From: Candidatus Latescibacterota bacterium | GTDB taxonomy: Bacteria; Latescibacterota; UBA2968; UBA8231 | DNA: 64,000 nt | NCBI GenBank assembly: GCA_965243025.1 | Contig: CBDETY010000003.1 | Coordinates: forward strand, 3,392,001-3,456,000 | Direction: 5' to 3' | In this document: positions 50,988 to 61,286 of the stretch, piece after piece | Numbering within the stretch: the stretch's first letter is position 1 | How the letters are laid out: every line of letters starts with the position of its first letter | Program-made: the position numbers and the translations under genes | Notes under the pieces: model-generated | What the model was told of the DNA's origin: nothing | Database searches by the model: none | What the model saw: only the letters and a program-made list of their open reading frames with translations

Positions 50988-52589
50988 CTAGTCCTGCACC
51001 CCGGCGAGCCGCACTAGTTTACCGCCGCCGGGCATCAGGCTTACCCTTGCGCGCGACCCGTCCGAGGCCTTGTGCCACTTCCGCTCCGTGGCGTCGAACA
51101 CCTCCATTGATCCCGGGCCGACTACGGTCGTGGTGACCTGCTGGGTGTAGTCCAGGTTCACCACCAGTACATGGGTGGTGTTGCCGGCAGTACCGAAGTA
51201 CCCCAAGAGCATGCCGGTCACAGGTGCCGGGGGGTCGAACTTTGCCGGCGGCACGGGCGGGTCCACGGTGAAGCGGGCGTCGGCCGGCAGCCCCACCGCC
51301 CCAAAGGGAACGGTGCCGAGATGATATGCACCCAGGGAAGTCAGCGGCTGCACTTCGGTGCCGATGGCGATGAACTCGGGGTTGATCTGTCGCAACGCCT
51401 CGCCCAGCGGGGTCAGGGAATCGTCAAAAACATAAAAATTGGACACTCCCCCTCGAAAAGGAGGGACTCTGGCGTAGTACACAAACTGGGAGAGGCCCTG
51501 GCCGCCATAGGCCAGCGTGGTGTAGGCCAGGAATCTGCCCTCGTCGCCGTTGGGTATGCGCCAGTCACCATACCCTTCATCATCCAAAGCGCAAGCCTGC
51601 ACGACGTTGACGAAGGGCAGGCCGCTTTTCACCGCCGCTTCGCGGACCAGGGCCAGGTTGAGGAAGTACTGGACGTTATCACCCTGGCGGAGCTGGCTGT
51701 CCGTAACGAACCGTTGGCTGCCAACCTCGCGTGCAAGCTTGCCGAGGAAGTGATAGTGGTCATAGCTGATCAAGTCGGGCTTGACGATCTCCACGAACTG
51801 GCGGAGGTGCTCCCGGTAAGCATCAATGCTATAGCCCACGCCTGCGAGAGCATCAAGCGCTCGCTGTTCATCAGAAATCGGGCCATAATAATCGATGGGG
51901 ATGCCCAGTGAATTAGCGCTGGCGTAAGTGGGGAATAGATTGACGAGGCACATGTGATCGGGATCACGCTCGCGGATGTAAGCCACGATCCTGCCCAACA
52001 GCGGAAAAACGGCGGCGCTGCGCTCGTCATGGATGTAATAGCCGTACATCGCCGGATGGTTCTTCACCCGCTCGATCACCGCATCGAGTCTCGCCCTCTG
52101 ATGCGGGTCGTCCAAGACGTAATAAATCCCCTTCGGGTCGCCGAAGCCTAGGGATAAGGGAAAAAAAAGCGCGCGCAGCCCCTGCGCGTGAGCATCGTCG
52201 AGTTCTTCCACAGTCTGGCACCAGACCAGGTTGAAGCCGCCGTCAGCCATCTTCCTGGCGATGGCGGGCGTCATTAATCCGAAGTGCTTTCCCGCCCCAG
52301 GGCCTTGATAGTAACTGGTGATGGGAGCGCCGATCTCCCACTTGCTGCCCGCCGGTCGCCCAGGCGCGGCACCTGAGGCAAATGTCTCCGATGTTGTGCA
52401 TGCTACCGTCCCGACCAGTACGAGGACGAAGACCCTGTACAACCATCTCCTGGAAGGACGAAATACCGAAGTACCCCCAGCCAGAGGCTGGTCCGCCTCA
52501 GGCGGAAAGTACCCAAATACCCAAGGGAATGACGATTGACCCCGCATGCCGGAGTGCGGAAGCTTGAACATGGTTTTTTCATTACTCAT
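50988..52589 (-). CDS. Putative exported glycoside hydrolase-like protein
   Basis: Hydrophobic leader with TVAC lipobox-like site; GGFN, HPAMYGYYIHDE, VNLFP, ISYDHY, LAYGGQG. Start uncertain. Confidence 0.65.
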   Translation of the reverse strand: MSNEKTMFKLPHSGMRGQSSFPWVFGYFPPEADQPLAGGTSVFRPSRRWLYRVFVLVLVGTVACTTSETFASGAAPGRPAGSKWEIGAPITSYYQGPGAGKHFGLMTPAIARKMADGGFNLVWCQTVEELDDAHAQGLRALFFPLSLGFGDPKGIYYVLDDPHQRARLDAVIERVKNHPAMYGYYIHDERSAAVFPLLGRIVAYIRERDPDHMCLVNLFPTYASANSLGIPIDYYGPISDEQRALDALAGVGYSIDAYREHLRQFVEIVKPDLISYDHYHFLGKLAREVGSQRFVTDSQLRQGDNVQYFLNLALVREAAVKSGLPFVNVVQACALDDEGYGDWRIPNGDEGRFLAYTTLAYGGQGLSQFVYYARVPPFRGGVSNFYVFDDSLTPLGEALRQINPEFIAIGTEVQPLTSLGAYHLGTVPFGAVGLPADARFTVDPPVPPAKFDPPAPVTGMLLGYFGTAGNTTHVLVVNLDYTQQVTTTVVGPGSMEVFDATERKWHKASDGSRARVSLMPGGGKLVRLAGVQD

Positions 52590-52696
52590 TCTCTTGATCT
52601 CCTTTGTTTGTTCTTTGCAAACTATCGGGGATCGTTTCGTCTACCTAAGGATATAATTTGGAAACGTCGACATCCTCATTGAATATTGTCAGATAT

Positions 52697-53340
52697 TTAT
52701 TGCGCATTTAAGTTCATTTCCAGGGCAAATTCATCCACTATTCGCCTTATGCGCATAGTCGTAATCGCATACACGGGGCCATCCTTTTCGAAGTTAGCCT
52801 CCGCTACGAATTTCGCACGGTTGTCTGAAACTAGCTTCTCCGCCGTCCGCTTCTTTTTCATTTCATGTGGTGTTCTGCGCTTGCCCTTCCGCGGAGGATA
52901 GACTGCGACAGAATATCCTCCTTGGTAGTTGATCATTTTCATTGCGGGGACATCCGTCTCACCATCGCCGATATAGATCATCCTAGAAAATGGGCAGGGT
53001 CATTGGTTTTGCGGAGTAAAGCTATTGATTTCCTCGTTGTCCCAACTATTCAGAATTCCTTTGTTTATGCGAAACAGATATTGTGTCTTCGTGGTGTAGT
53101 TTACCGACTGCGCTGCAAATGTTGGTACATCATTTGAATCATAGCTGAACCCGGAAGCAAAGATGTGCTTGAACTCCTTCGCAATCGATGAACCTTTTAT
53201 CATCTCCCTTAGGCCTGATGAAATTACGAAATGCTCGATCTCAGCGCTTCGCTCCTTACCGTATTCGTTAATGGTTTCGAACCAAGTTCCCCTTTCCGCC
53301 GCCGTCCTGCAGCTCTGGGGGAGTCCCCCTTACCGAATTT
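52697..53340 (-). pseudogene. HAD-like hydrolase, 5'-truncated with internal stop
   Basis: VISSGLREMI, VNYTTKTQYLFRINKG, TGA at 53000-53002, then PFSRMIYIGDGETDVP.MK. Confidence 0.85.
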
Positions 53341-53698
53341 CCCGGGCAGCCGTGGCCGTCCGACCATAGAAGCCCAAGTGCTCGGCATCGCTGAACGCGA
53401 AGCCTTGGGTCTCATATCGGCCGCAGCTCCTTCTCGTCGAACACGAGCGCCCACACGCCGTGCTCGGTCACCATTCAATCATTCCGCAACGGTGTCGTTC
53501 CAGCGGGACCCCGATTCCGTTTTCGCGTCCAGCGCGGAGGAACTGGCCGTGCGCTGACCGAACCGCCACGGCACTACTTCCGGCCGGATTTGACGCGATG
53601 CCCAGCTCTCTCTCCGTGCCGAGGAATCGATGACCACTATCCTGTTACCGCCTGCCTGCGACGGCTCGCGATCGGACGACTCCGGTGCGCAAGGTCCG

Positions 53699-56371
53699 CT
53701 ACAGAGTCACTCCACCGCCAAGCAGTCGAAGCTCGTGCAACGGGAAGGGCAACGAGGTGTCGTAGCGATACTGGGCGTGAACGCCTCGCAGGCGATGCAC
53801 GAGCGTCGCGAGTCGCTGCGGGTCATCGTCCTCCTGCATGAACGCGACGCAAATCTCGTCCAACTGTGCCGAGACACGCGATACGTCATCCTTGGGGGGA
53901 TTCTCGTTCTCCCCGAATACCTGATGCCGCGACGCGCTCGCAGCGAAATGCTGCCCCGCCGAGACCGAGGGTGGCTTCGTTTTGAGTCCGTAGAACGTGC
54001 GCTTGGCCCCGTCCCAGGAAAAGAGTCCGCTCGGCCACTTCGCGTCAGTGTCGTGATGGTAGTAGGGCTGCTTCTTGGGATCCGGGCTCACCCTGACCAA
54101 GCGCAGATGCGGCAAGTCGTCTGGCGTGAAAGTTCGGTTTCCCACCGAAAGGCGATCCAGCTCGAGCCTGCCGTTCTGAAGTGTCGCGAGCTTGTGTCCC
54201 AGTGTTTCCCCTTCGGCAATGACCAGCGCTGGCCCACAGCGGTCGATGTCCGCCAGCACGGTCGAGAAGAACGCGTTGAACTTCGCCAGGTTCTCCTCCC
54301 AGCGACCGCGGCCGAACTTCCCGTAGTCGCCGAAAAGGATATGCAGTGCGGCCTCGGAGTACGGCAGCCACGCAGGCTCTCCCGATTCTTCGGGTATGGC
54401 GCATTCGAGTTTTCCATCACGCACGCGCGCTGCCAAGGGGAACGCATGGGCGCGTCGAAATCGACCCGCCACCCTGTCGCTGTTCCGCTGAATGATCGTG
54501 AGCGCGGCCGGCGAGCACCCGTATTCCGAACCCTCTACCGGGAGCGTGCCAAGCATTCGGAAGCAGTCGCGCACCGCGGCGGCGTACCTGCTCCTGTCGG
54601 CCTCGGCATTCGAACTCTGTCCGTCGACCAGAACGACTTGTGGGAGCACGCACCAATTCGCCAGCGCCCTTCGAGAAAAAGGGAATGGATCGCCCCGGGT
54701 GTTTCCCCTCGTCATGGAGGGCATTTCCAAGACGGCGCAAGCAACGGAGCTGGAACTGGACCGCACCTCCTCCACATGTCGGCCCATCCTCCTGGTTACG
54801 GCTTCGAGCTCATCTTCGCGTTTCGCCCTGATTATCGCGTCCTGCTGGTTCTTCGTCCGCCCCGCAATTTCGGCGTCACTCAGCTCGACCCATGGCAGCA
54901 ATTCGGACAGGGCCCCTGCGGGGGCCGGGATGAGCCTGATTGCGAGGTCGTCCGGCCACTGGAGGCGCATTCCGTCCGTCGACGCGGGTTTGCCGAGGTA
55001 CTCGGCAAGCGCCTCAGCGATGGTTTGCGGGGTTTGATCAAGGAGCTGGAACACGTAGAACTCGAGCTCGCCCGTGTCGTTGCCCGCGGCCTTCAGCGCA
55101 TTGAGAACCGCCCGCCGGCGCAGGGGATGGTGCTTCTCAGGGTTGATCTTGGTCGGGTTGAAGGGTCCGTCGAGTGGCAACCTCGTCGCAACGCGAACCA
55201 TGGGATTCGCGCGCTCGAGGCCGATCCCGGCAAAGGCTTCATCAAGCGAATCTGCGATGTCTTTTCGATCGGGCCACGGCACCCCGCTTCCCCCGGCCAT
55301 CCGATCGTCTCCGTGCACTGTCCCGCGCCTCGGGAGGACCCAAAGGCCATCGTGGTTCATGATGGGAGCCTCGAGATTTGCCCCTTCGACTGCGCCGTTT
55401 CCCGTCAATCGTCTGATGAGGGCGAACACTCGTTCGTCCTCCTTGTGCGGCCACCAAGCCACCACGGGCTGTCGTCCGTTTGGATTGGGAGGAGCGATCC
55501 TGTCCTGCTTCGGCTTGAATCTGAACGACGTGTGCTTGTAGTCGATGGCTTCCTTCTCGCCGTCGACTGGAAGAAAGACATCGAGGGAGCGGTTCGGATC
55601 ACTGTCCGAGGCATAGCGGGTTACCGCTCCCCAGTTGCGGATCGATGGCCGAACGAGGACGTGGAGCCCAGGCCGTTCCGGATAGCTTGGCGTGTGCACC
55701 GCGATGACCTCGCTCCACAGGCCTTCCGCATTCGCCGCACGCTTCGGGGGGAACGCGACGAGTTCGATGCCCTCATAGGCCGACGACTGTGCCGTCTTGG
55801 TCACGAGCTTCCGGCTTTCGCCCGACCGAAAGCGAAGTACCTGCCCTGCCAGCGCCGCGACAGCGCGTGCAGCGAGTGCGTCCCACATCATGTTGTCTTG
55901 CGGAGCTGCGCACGCACCGGAGTGCCTCCTCAGGGTGGGGCTCACGTCCAGCAGGGCCCAGCTCTCCGGCTTGAGCGCAGACGAAGCGAGCGTGTTGCGA
56001 ACTTCACCTGGCTTCTCCGGGTAGAGGATGTTCAGCCACATCGCGAGCCCTGTCTGGATACGTGTGCCCAGCTCCTGGCTCTGCCTCACGTCCCCCACGA
56101 AGTACACGCAGAGTCTTTGTCGCTGCACTTCCCGATCCCACTCGTTCTTGACGAACGCGACGTCGGGAACGAACCACGCCATGATTTCCGAAAGGCCCCT
56201 CAGTATGACCGTGATGGGCTGATCGCTGTCCCGTCTCGTTCGCTCCCGGCTCCACTGTGCGAGGACGTCGTGTGCCTCATGCGACAGCTTGAACCGGGTA
56301 ACGGTCAAGGCGCCTTCGGGAATCGCCCTTGCGTTCCAGACTGCAAGTTCGAGGGTATCTGCCCTAGTCAT
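53699..56371 (-). CDS. pPIWI-RE protein (X, MID and RNaseH/PIWI domains)
   Basis: WDAL...L.G..L in the X domain; GSGV..PDR; DP....RRALA....LPQ MID motif; LRLVRV, conserved Glu in QLDEI and terminal LPFPLH; third gene after REase and helicase. Confidence 0.88.
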   Translation of the reverse strand: MTRADTLELAVWNARAIPEGALTVTRFKLSHEAHDVLAQWSRERTRRDSDQPITVILRGLSEIMAWFVPDVAFVKNEWDREVQRQRLCVYFVGDVRQSQELGTRIQTGLAMWLNILYPEKPGEVRNTLASSALKPESWALLDVSPTLRRHSGACAAPQDNMMWDALAARAVAALAGQVLRFRSGESRKLVTKTAQSSAYEGIELVAFPPKRAANAEGLWSEVIAVHTPSYPERPGLHVLVRPSIRNWGAVTRYASDSDPNRSLDVFLPVDGEKEAIDYKHTSFRFKPKQDRIAPPNPNGRQPVVAWWPHKEDERVFALIRRLTGNGAVEGANLEAPIMNHDGLWVLPRRGTVHGDDRMAGGSGVPWPDRKDIADSLDEAFAGIGLERANPMVRVATRLPLDGPFNPTKINPEKHHPLRRRAVLNALKAAGNDTGELEFYVFQLLDQTPQTIAEALAEYLGKPASTDGMRLQWPDDLAIRLIPAPAGALSELLPWVELSDAEIAGRTKNQQDAIIRAKREDELEAVTRRMGRHVEEVRSSSSSVACAVLEMPSMTRGNTRGDPFPFSRRALANWCVLPQVVLVDGQSSNAEADRSRYAAAVRDCFRMLGTLPVEGSEYGCSPAALTIIQRNSDRVAGRFRRAHAFPLAARVRDGKLECAIPEESGEPAWLPYSEAALHILFGDYGKFGRGRWEENLAKFNAFFSTVLADIDRCGPALVIAEGETLGHKLATLQNGRLELDRLSVGNRTFTPDDLPHLRLVRVSPDPKKQPYYHHDTDAKWPSGLFSWDGAKRTFYGLKTKPPSVSAGQHFAASASRHQVFGENENPPKDDVSRVSAQLDEICVAFMQEDDDPQRLATLVHRLRGVHAQYRYDTSLPFPLHELRLLGGGVTL

Positions 56372-59300
56372 GGTTGAGTCCTTTCGTATGTTTCAAGGCG
56401 TTGTGGAACGGTTCGTAGAGAAGCCGCGCCACCCTGTGTGCCGATGCGTTCCGCGTGGGGTCCATTGCGCGCTCGAGCTGATTCACAGCCTCAACGAGGG
56501 CGCTTGTATCTCCGGAGTCCTGTCCGCCGTCGAATGACTCCGGGGCGAACTGTCGGTCTACGAATCCGACGAAGACGGGGCATCCGTTGCGGATCCCTCT
56601 TCCGACCGTCTGCCACAACGGGGTGAGCATGTCCCAGGCGAACTGGATCTTGTACTCCGTAGAGAGCTGGCTGTATCCACCACGCGCATAGAGGCTGTAG
56701 CGCACGATGTTGCTTGCTGCGTGGCGCATCCTCCGGGCACGTTGCGACAGCCGTATCGCACCCTGCTTCACCTCTGCTCGGTTCGGTTCCGCGTCGAACC
56801 GTTGCACGGCGAACCGGTTGAGCCGTCCGATGGTGGGAGACAAGTCGTCGGGGCGAGGATGCGGGCGATGCAGGAAGTAGATCGAGGAAAGCGCCGCCCG
56901 GTTGCCCTCATTCAGGATGTTGTGCCCGCGCGAGACAATTTGCATCGGCGCGACCAGGATTGACATCTCGGTCTCTCCGCCGAACCGCTCGATGAGCGAG
57001 CGTGGGAGAACGCGCGCGCGTTTCGGGTGCCGCTCCTCACCGAGTGTGCCGTCATCCGCGCGATCACGCACGAGACAATGAACCTTCCAATCGTTGTATC
57101 CGTGGCCTTCGAAGGTCTCGACGAGCGCATCGGCGACGACGACCGCGTCGGCGTACGAATTCGTGACAAGCAGTGACCGCCGCCGACCCTCGAGGTGGTC
57201 CGATCCCCACGCGTCGCTCATCCGCCGCCAGTGATCCTCGATCATGTTGATGCCATCTCGCCGTACCGCCAGCCGTTCGGCAATGAGGGCAAGGTTCCTG
57301 CGCCGTTCCCTTTCCGGCAGACCGGACACGCGGATCTGCTTCGCCTGATTGTCACGGATCTCGATGAGCTCGAACGAGGACCTCCGGACTGCCTCGAGTT
57401 CGGGCTTGGGCTGCAGGAGCACTCCCTTGGCGGGGACCTGCACGTCATAGGTCGGCGACGCGGCGTCCATCGGCTTGCCGGTCTTCGGATGGGGCTGGCG
57501 CATGCCTCCGCCCGCCCAGCTGGTCCCGCTCAGCATCAGCACATGCGGCCCCGCGCGCCCTTCGCTCCGTAGGAGATCGTGCAGATGAACCACCAGGTGA
57601 CGGCCGACCCCAAGATGGTTGATGAGCGTGAGCTTCCCCCCCATCGTGTCGCGCTTGTCCGGTCCCGGTTCGTCGTAGAGAAGCCCGAACACCGCGCCTG
57701 CGGGATTCGACGGCAGCAGCGTGCGGTAGTGCCTGATGAGGTTGCTCGCTTGACTGAACATTTGGTGGTCGTCGATGCCGAAGTCGCTTGCGACGGCTGG
57801 CTGGGTTTTCACCAACCAGTAGTAGTGGGAGAGCGCGAGGTCCGTGATCACGGCGAGCAGAAGAGCGAGGGCGTTTTTCCGCTTCCCCAGACCCTTCGGG
57901 TGGGCTTCGCCGTCTCCTTCGGCGTGAAACGCCGCCAGATCGCCCTCAAGTGCCTTTTCGATCTCGATGACGAGGTCTTCGTAGTAGTCGGCGACACAGA
58001 CCTCTCGGGCGATGCTTTGCAGCCCCTTGCACGCCTTGTCGAATGCCTTGTCGCGGAACTGATTCTTCTCCTCTTCTTCCGCGTCCATCGTCTGCTCATT
58101 GGAGATCGAGGACGCGCGCGAGAATCGGGAGATCCCTGCGGCGACCTTGACGACCTCGAGAAACTCCTCCTCGACCGCCGGGTCGTCGAAGCTCCGACCT
58201 GCCTCGACTAGGCCCAGAACCTCCTGGCGCCGGTGCCACACTCTGTAGAGGATGCTCGCCGCGGTGAAAGGGGTGTTCGCGTAGAACTCGCGGAGATCCG
58301 CCTGCTCGTTTTGCAGGATCGCGTAGAGCGCACCGATCAGGCGGTACAGGGTGTGGAAGTTGGCCTGCCACTTGGCGTTCACTTCGCGGCGAAACTGCCA
58401 TCCGCTTCGTTCGCGCAGCGCTTCCGAGGTGCGCGTACCGATGGCCGGTGCATAGACATCGCGGTCGCCGCCCATGATCGGTGATCGCGGGGCAAGAATG
58501 TCGTCCATGCTCCTCTGCATTGAGTCGACTTCGTCGATGATGACCAAGTCGAAGGTGCACTGGAGGAGCTCGGGGAGCGTCAGGTGGTGCGGGGTAGTCC
58601 ACTTGTCCGGTGTCATGTGGACAAACGCCTGAGGGGTGAGCGCGACGACCTGCGCGTCTACCGCCGAGCGTTGCTGCTCCTGTGCCGGGCACCTGGCCCA
58701 GAGCGGGCATGACCGGTTCGACCCCGTATTCAGGTCGGCGTCGGCATCGGTCTCGCGCGCTTGGTCGGCGTCTCGGGCGCTCTGAAACAGCTTGTGACAC
58801 GGTTTCTCCCTAAACGCCGGGAACCCCGCTTGGTCTCCGTTCCCCCGCACCACTACCGCTTCGCGCTGCATGCCGTCGAGCGGACATGCGATGCTGAAGT
58901 TCTCTGCCGCGGTACCCACCGAGGCGAGCGACCATCCCTCGGAGGACAACCCCTGTTGCCAGTGAATCGAATTGAGGTGCCGTTCCCGGTTGTACGGGCT
59001 TGAAAGGACGGTTGCGGTGACTCCGTGCCGACGCAGGCGTGCGATGACGGTTGCGCCTTGAACCGTATCGCCGACCAGCATCGCAATGCGCTTGTTGGTC
59101 CTGCCAAGCGCAAGGGCAAAGATGATTGCCCACACGAGTGTCGACTTGCCCGACGACAGCATCCCGAGTACATGCACCGCGCCTTCGAGCGTGATTGCCC
59201 CGTCTTCGAAGAAGCCATCGACGAGGCCCTCGATCTCCAGCTTCTCGAGTCGCTCCGAGAGCCGGAGTTGGGGCAGGCTCGATGGCCAGTCTTCCTGCCC

Positions 59301-59939
59301 TTCGAGTTCATCGACTCGTTTCGCGACTGACTTCATCTGGTCGAGCGTGATCCGTATAGGGGGGGACTCGACCCTGTCGCTCAGGACGTGTCCGGGTATT
59401 GTTCGCTCTTCCTCGGGTACGGCGGGGATCCGATACGAGAGCACCGTGTCGCCCCGGTTGACGCGTGCGAATGCGTTACCTGGACTGGCCACTGACCGGC
59501 TGCGCTCGACCCAGGGAACGGTGCGTCCGAGCTGTTCGTCGAGCAGCGTGCGCAGCAAGCTCGGAGCGGCATTTCGCAGACGCACCTTGCCGTCCACGAT
59601 GTTGTAGCAGCGGATGATCTCGGGACGTTCGCGATGCTCACGACGGGCGTCAGACCACGCGGCGACCGACGCGTACTGGGTGCAGAGGTGGCGCAGGGTG
59701 CTCAGCGCGCGGTGTACATCAGGAGAGTTTCCCCTGCCGTCGAGCAGGGTCGGGTAGCCCAGCATCAGGTAAGGGACCGCGGAGACGTCTTCTTCCGGCA
59801 AGTACGATGCGACGAAGTGCAGGCACAATTCGGTGAGTGCAAGTGAACGCGCCGCACCGCGCACAAGTTCCCCCGCGGCCGGATCGGTGACCTGCAACCC
59901 TCTTTCGTAGCTCTTGATGAAGTTCAGGTCAGTCCTCAT
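56364..59939 (-). CDS. DinG-like SF2 helicase of the PIWI-RE operon
   Basis: GMLSSGKST, ACPLDG, CPLW..CP, IIDEVD, GPHVLMLSGTSWA, LLVTNSY, RGHNILN, RPHPRPDD, QTVGRGIR.G, FVD..FAP. Confidence 0.9.
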   Translation of the reverse strand: MRTDLNFIKSYERGLQVTDPAAGELVRGAARSLALTELCLHFVASYLPEEDVSAVPYLMLGYPTLLDGRGNSPDVHRALSTLRHLCTQYASVAAWSDARREHRERPEIIRCYNIVDGKVRLRNAAPSLLRTLLDEQLGRTVPWVERSRSVASPGNAFARVNRGDTVLSYRIPAVPEEERTIPGHVLSDRVESPPIRITLDQMKSVAKRVDELEGQEDWPSSLPQLRLSERLEKLEIEGLVDGFFEDGAITLEGAVHVLGMLSSGKSTLVWAIIFALALGRTNKRIAMLVGDTVQGATVIARLRRHGVTATVLSSPYNRERHLNSIHWQQGLSSEGWSLASVGTAAENFSIACPLDGMQREAVVVRGNGDQAGFPAFREKPCHKLFQSARDADQARETDADADLNTGSNRSCPLWARCPAQEQQRSAVDAQVVALTPQAFVHMTPDKWTTPHHLTLPELLQCTFDLVIIDEVDSMQRSMDDILAPRSPIMGGDRDVYAPAIGTRTSEALRERSGWQFRREVNAKWQANFHTLYRLIGALYAILQNEQADLREFYANTPFTAASILYRVWHRRQEVLGLVEAGRSFDDPAVEEEFLEVVKVAAGISRFSRASSISNEQTMDAEEEEKNQFRDKAFDKACKGLQSIAREVCVADYYEDLVIEIEKALEGDLAAFHAEGDGEAHPKGLGKRKNALALLLAVITDLALSHYYWLVKTQPAVASDFGIDDHQMFSQASNLIRHYRTLLPSNPAGAVFGLLYDEPGPDKRDTMGGKLTLINHLGVGRHLVVHLHDLLRSEGRAGPHVLMLSGTSWAGGGMRQPHPKTGKPMDAASPTYDVQVPAKGVLLQPKPELEAVRRSSFELIEIRDNQAKQIRVSGLPERERRRNLALIAERLAVRRDGINMIEDHWRRMSDAWGSDHLEGRRRSLLVTNSYADAVVVADALVETFEGHGYNDWKVHCLVRDRADDGTLGEERHPKRARVLPRSLIERFGGETEMSILVAPMQIVSRGHNILNEGNRAALSSIYFLHRPHPRPDDLSPTIGRLNRFAVQRFDAEPNRAEVKQGAIRLSQRARRMRHAASNIVRYSLYARGGYSQLSTEYKIQFAWDMLTPLWQTVGRGIRNGCPVFVGFVDRQFAPESFDGGQDSGDTSALVEAVNQLERAMDPTRNASAHRVARLLYEPFHNALKHTKGLNHD

Positions 59940-61228
59940 GCCGCCTCCAGCTCGTCGATCAGGTCCGAGACGGTGCGAAGTTCGACGGCAGCCTTGGCCT
60001 TTGTGCGACGGATTGCTTCGAATCGTTCTTCGAAGTGCTCATCCACCTGCAAGACGTAGTCGGGTACCACGAGGAAGCACTCGTGGCTGCGTTCGAACTC
60101 CTTGAACCCATCAAACTGGACCGCCAGACGCGAGGGAGAGAGGTAATCCTTCACATCCACGGCGATTCGGCGGTCCCCTTCCGGCGATGTGGCCAAGAGG
60201 TCTACGCGGTCCAGGTTCGGCCACAGCGTCGTCGCCCAACCCAGGGTGCCCAAGCGTCGTTCCAATTCCAGCTCCGCTAGGCCAGGCAGGCACCAGAACC
60301 TCCGGAAGGCCCGCTTCAGGTACAGCATGCCGCTGCGATACCTGAGGGTTTCATGCTTGCCTGCCCGGGCACGTCGGATCGCCTCCGGGTCCCGGCATTC
60401 AGTGTGGAACGCCTTTTTGTCGGGGCGCAGGATCGTTCCGCTCACGGTGCAAATCCGCAGGAGGCCCTTGACTGCGAGCGTCTCGGGGACGCGGTCGTAG
60501 AAGGTTTCAACGATCTCGTCGATGCCTTCGGTGCTGGCCAGCGTCAGGTCCATGAGGATCGTCCCGGACCAGTTCGGCAGGACAGGCTTCTCGATCACGC
60601 ACCGCCGCCACGCCCTGTAGAGATCCTCGCCGTCCAGGCGGTCGCGGCATCTGTCCCTGAGCATCTCGTAACCGAGATGCTCCTCAATCTCGCGTTCCGG
60701 ATCGCCCCCCGGGCAGGCGAGCTTGCGGCACTCGGTGCTGACCTCACCGTCCTCGACCAGTCGCGCTGCGAAATACTCCTCTGCTTCGTCCCAGGACATG
60801 TCCGTGACCCAGCGGAACAGCGGCTCTTGGGCCACCCTTGCAAGGGAGCCGAGGTCGGTTGGCCATCTGTCCTCGCCTTCGATCAGGTTTCGCGCCGCTC
60901 CGAGGTCGAGCGCTCGCCTCAGGCTCTCTGGATACGGTGTCCGCAGCCAGCCTGTTGCGTCGATCTGTCGTTGGATTGCTACCAAGGCACTCGCGAGGAT
61001 GACGACCATCTCGTGGTCGTTGCGAGCAGGCTTCTCGGGTCCCTCGAGTTCCTCGAGCCGCCCGAGAACGTCCTCGGCAACCCCTTTGTCATCGGCGAAG
61101 TACCTGTAGAGCGTAGCCCGGCCGATGCCAAGCGCCTGCGCGGCGGCAGACTTCCACCGCCGTCCGAGTCCCAGCCTGTGGGCAAAGAGCGCTTCGCAGC
61201 GGGTGTAGAAGGCGTTTGCTTCGGACAT
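59936..61228 (-). CDS. Restriction endonuclease-fold protein of the PIWI-RE operon with N-terminal HTH
   Basis: PGLAEL.L...L, LWPNLDRVDL, AVDVKDY, VVPDY; N-terminal SAAAQALGIGRATLYRY; ATGA overlap with the helicase. Confidence 0.85.
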   Translation of the reverse strand: MSEANAFYTRCEALFAHRLGLGRRWKSAAAQALGIGRATLYRYFADDKGVAEDVLGRLEELEGPEKPARNDHEMVVILASALVAIQRQIDATGWLRTPYPESLRRALDLGAARNLIEGEDRWPTDLGSLARVAQEPLFRWVTDMSWDEAEEYFAARLVEDGEVSTECRKLACPGGDPEREIEEHLGYEMLRDRCRDRLDGEDLYRAWRRCVIEKPVLPNWSGTILMDLTLASTEGIDEIVETFYDRVPETLAVKGLLRICTVSGTILRPDKKAFHTECRDPEAIRRARAGKHETLRYRSGMLYLKRAFRRFWCLPGLAELELERRLGTLGWATTLWPNLDRVDLLATSPEGDRRIAVDVKDYLSPSRLAVQFDGFKEFERSHECFLVVPDYVLQVDEHFEERFEAIRRTKAKAAVELRTVSDLIDELEAA

Positions 61229-61237
61229 GTTCGACTT

Positions 61238-61286
61238 CGTGCGTCTGAGACAGACGGACGATAGTGTATCAATTGTCTCTTGTCAA
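61238..61286 (-). promoter_or_regulatory. Sigma-70 promoter and operator of the PIWI-RE operon
   Basis: TTGACA (61286-61281), 17 bp, TATCGT (61263-61258); inverted repeat CGTgCGTCTG-aga-CAGACGgACG at 61238-61260. Confidence 0.7.

Noticed and set aside
53000-53002. In-frame TGA as selenocysteine
   Set aside because: The position fits Arg (R-P-x-P-F, CGA to TGA) and the gene is also 5'-truncated; the TGA in higA likewise accompanies a frameshift.
53630-56377. 915-aa plus-strand ORF
   Set aside because: Antisense shadow of the pPIWI-RE gene; no motifs; long shadow ORFs are expected at high GC.
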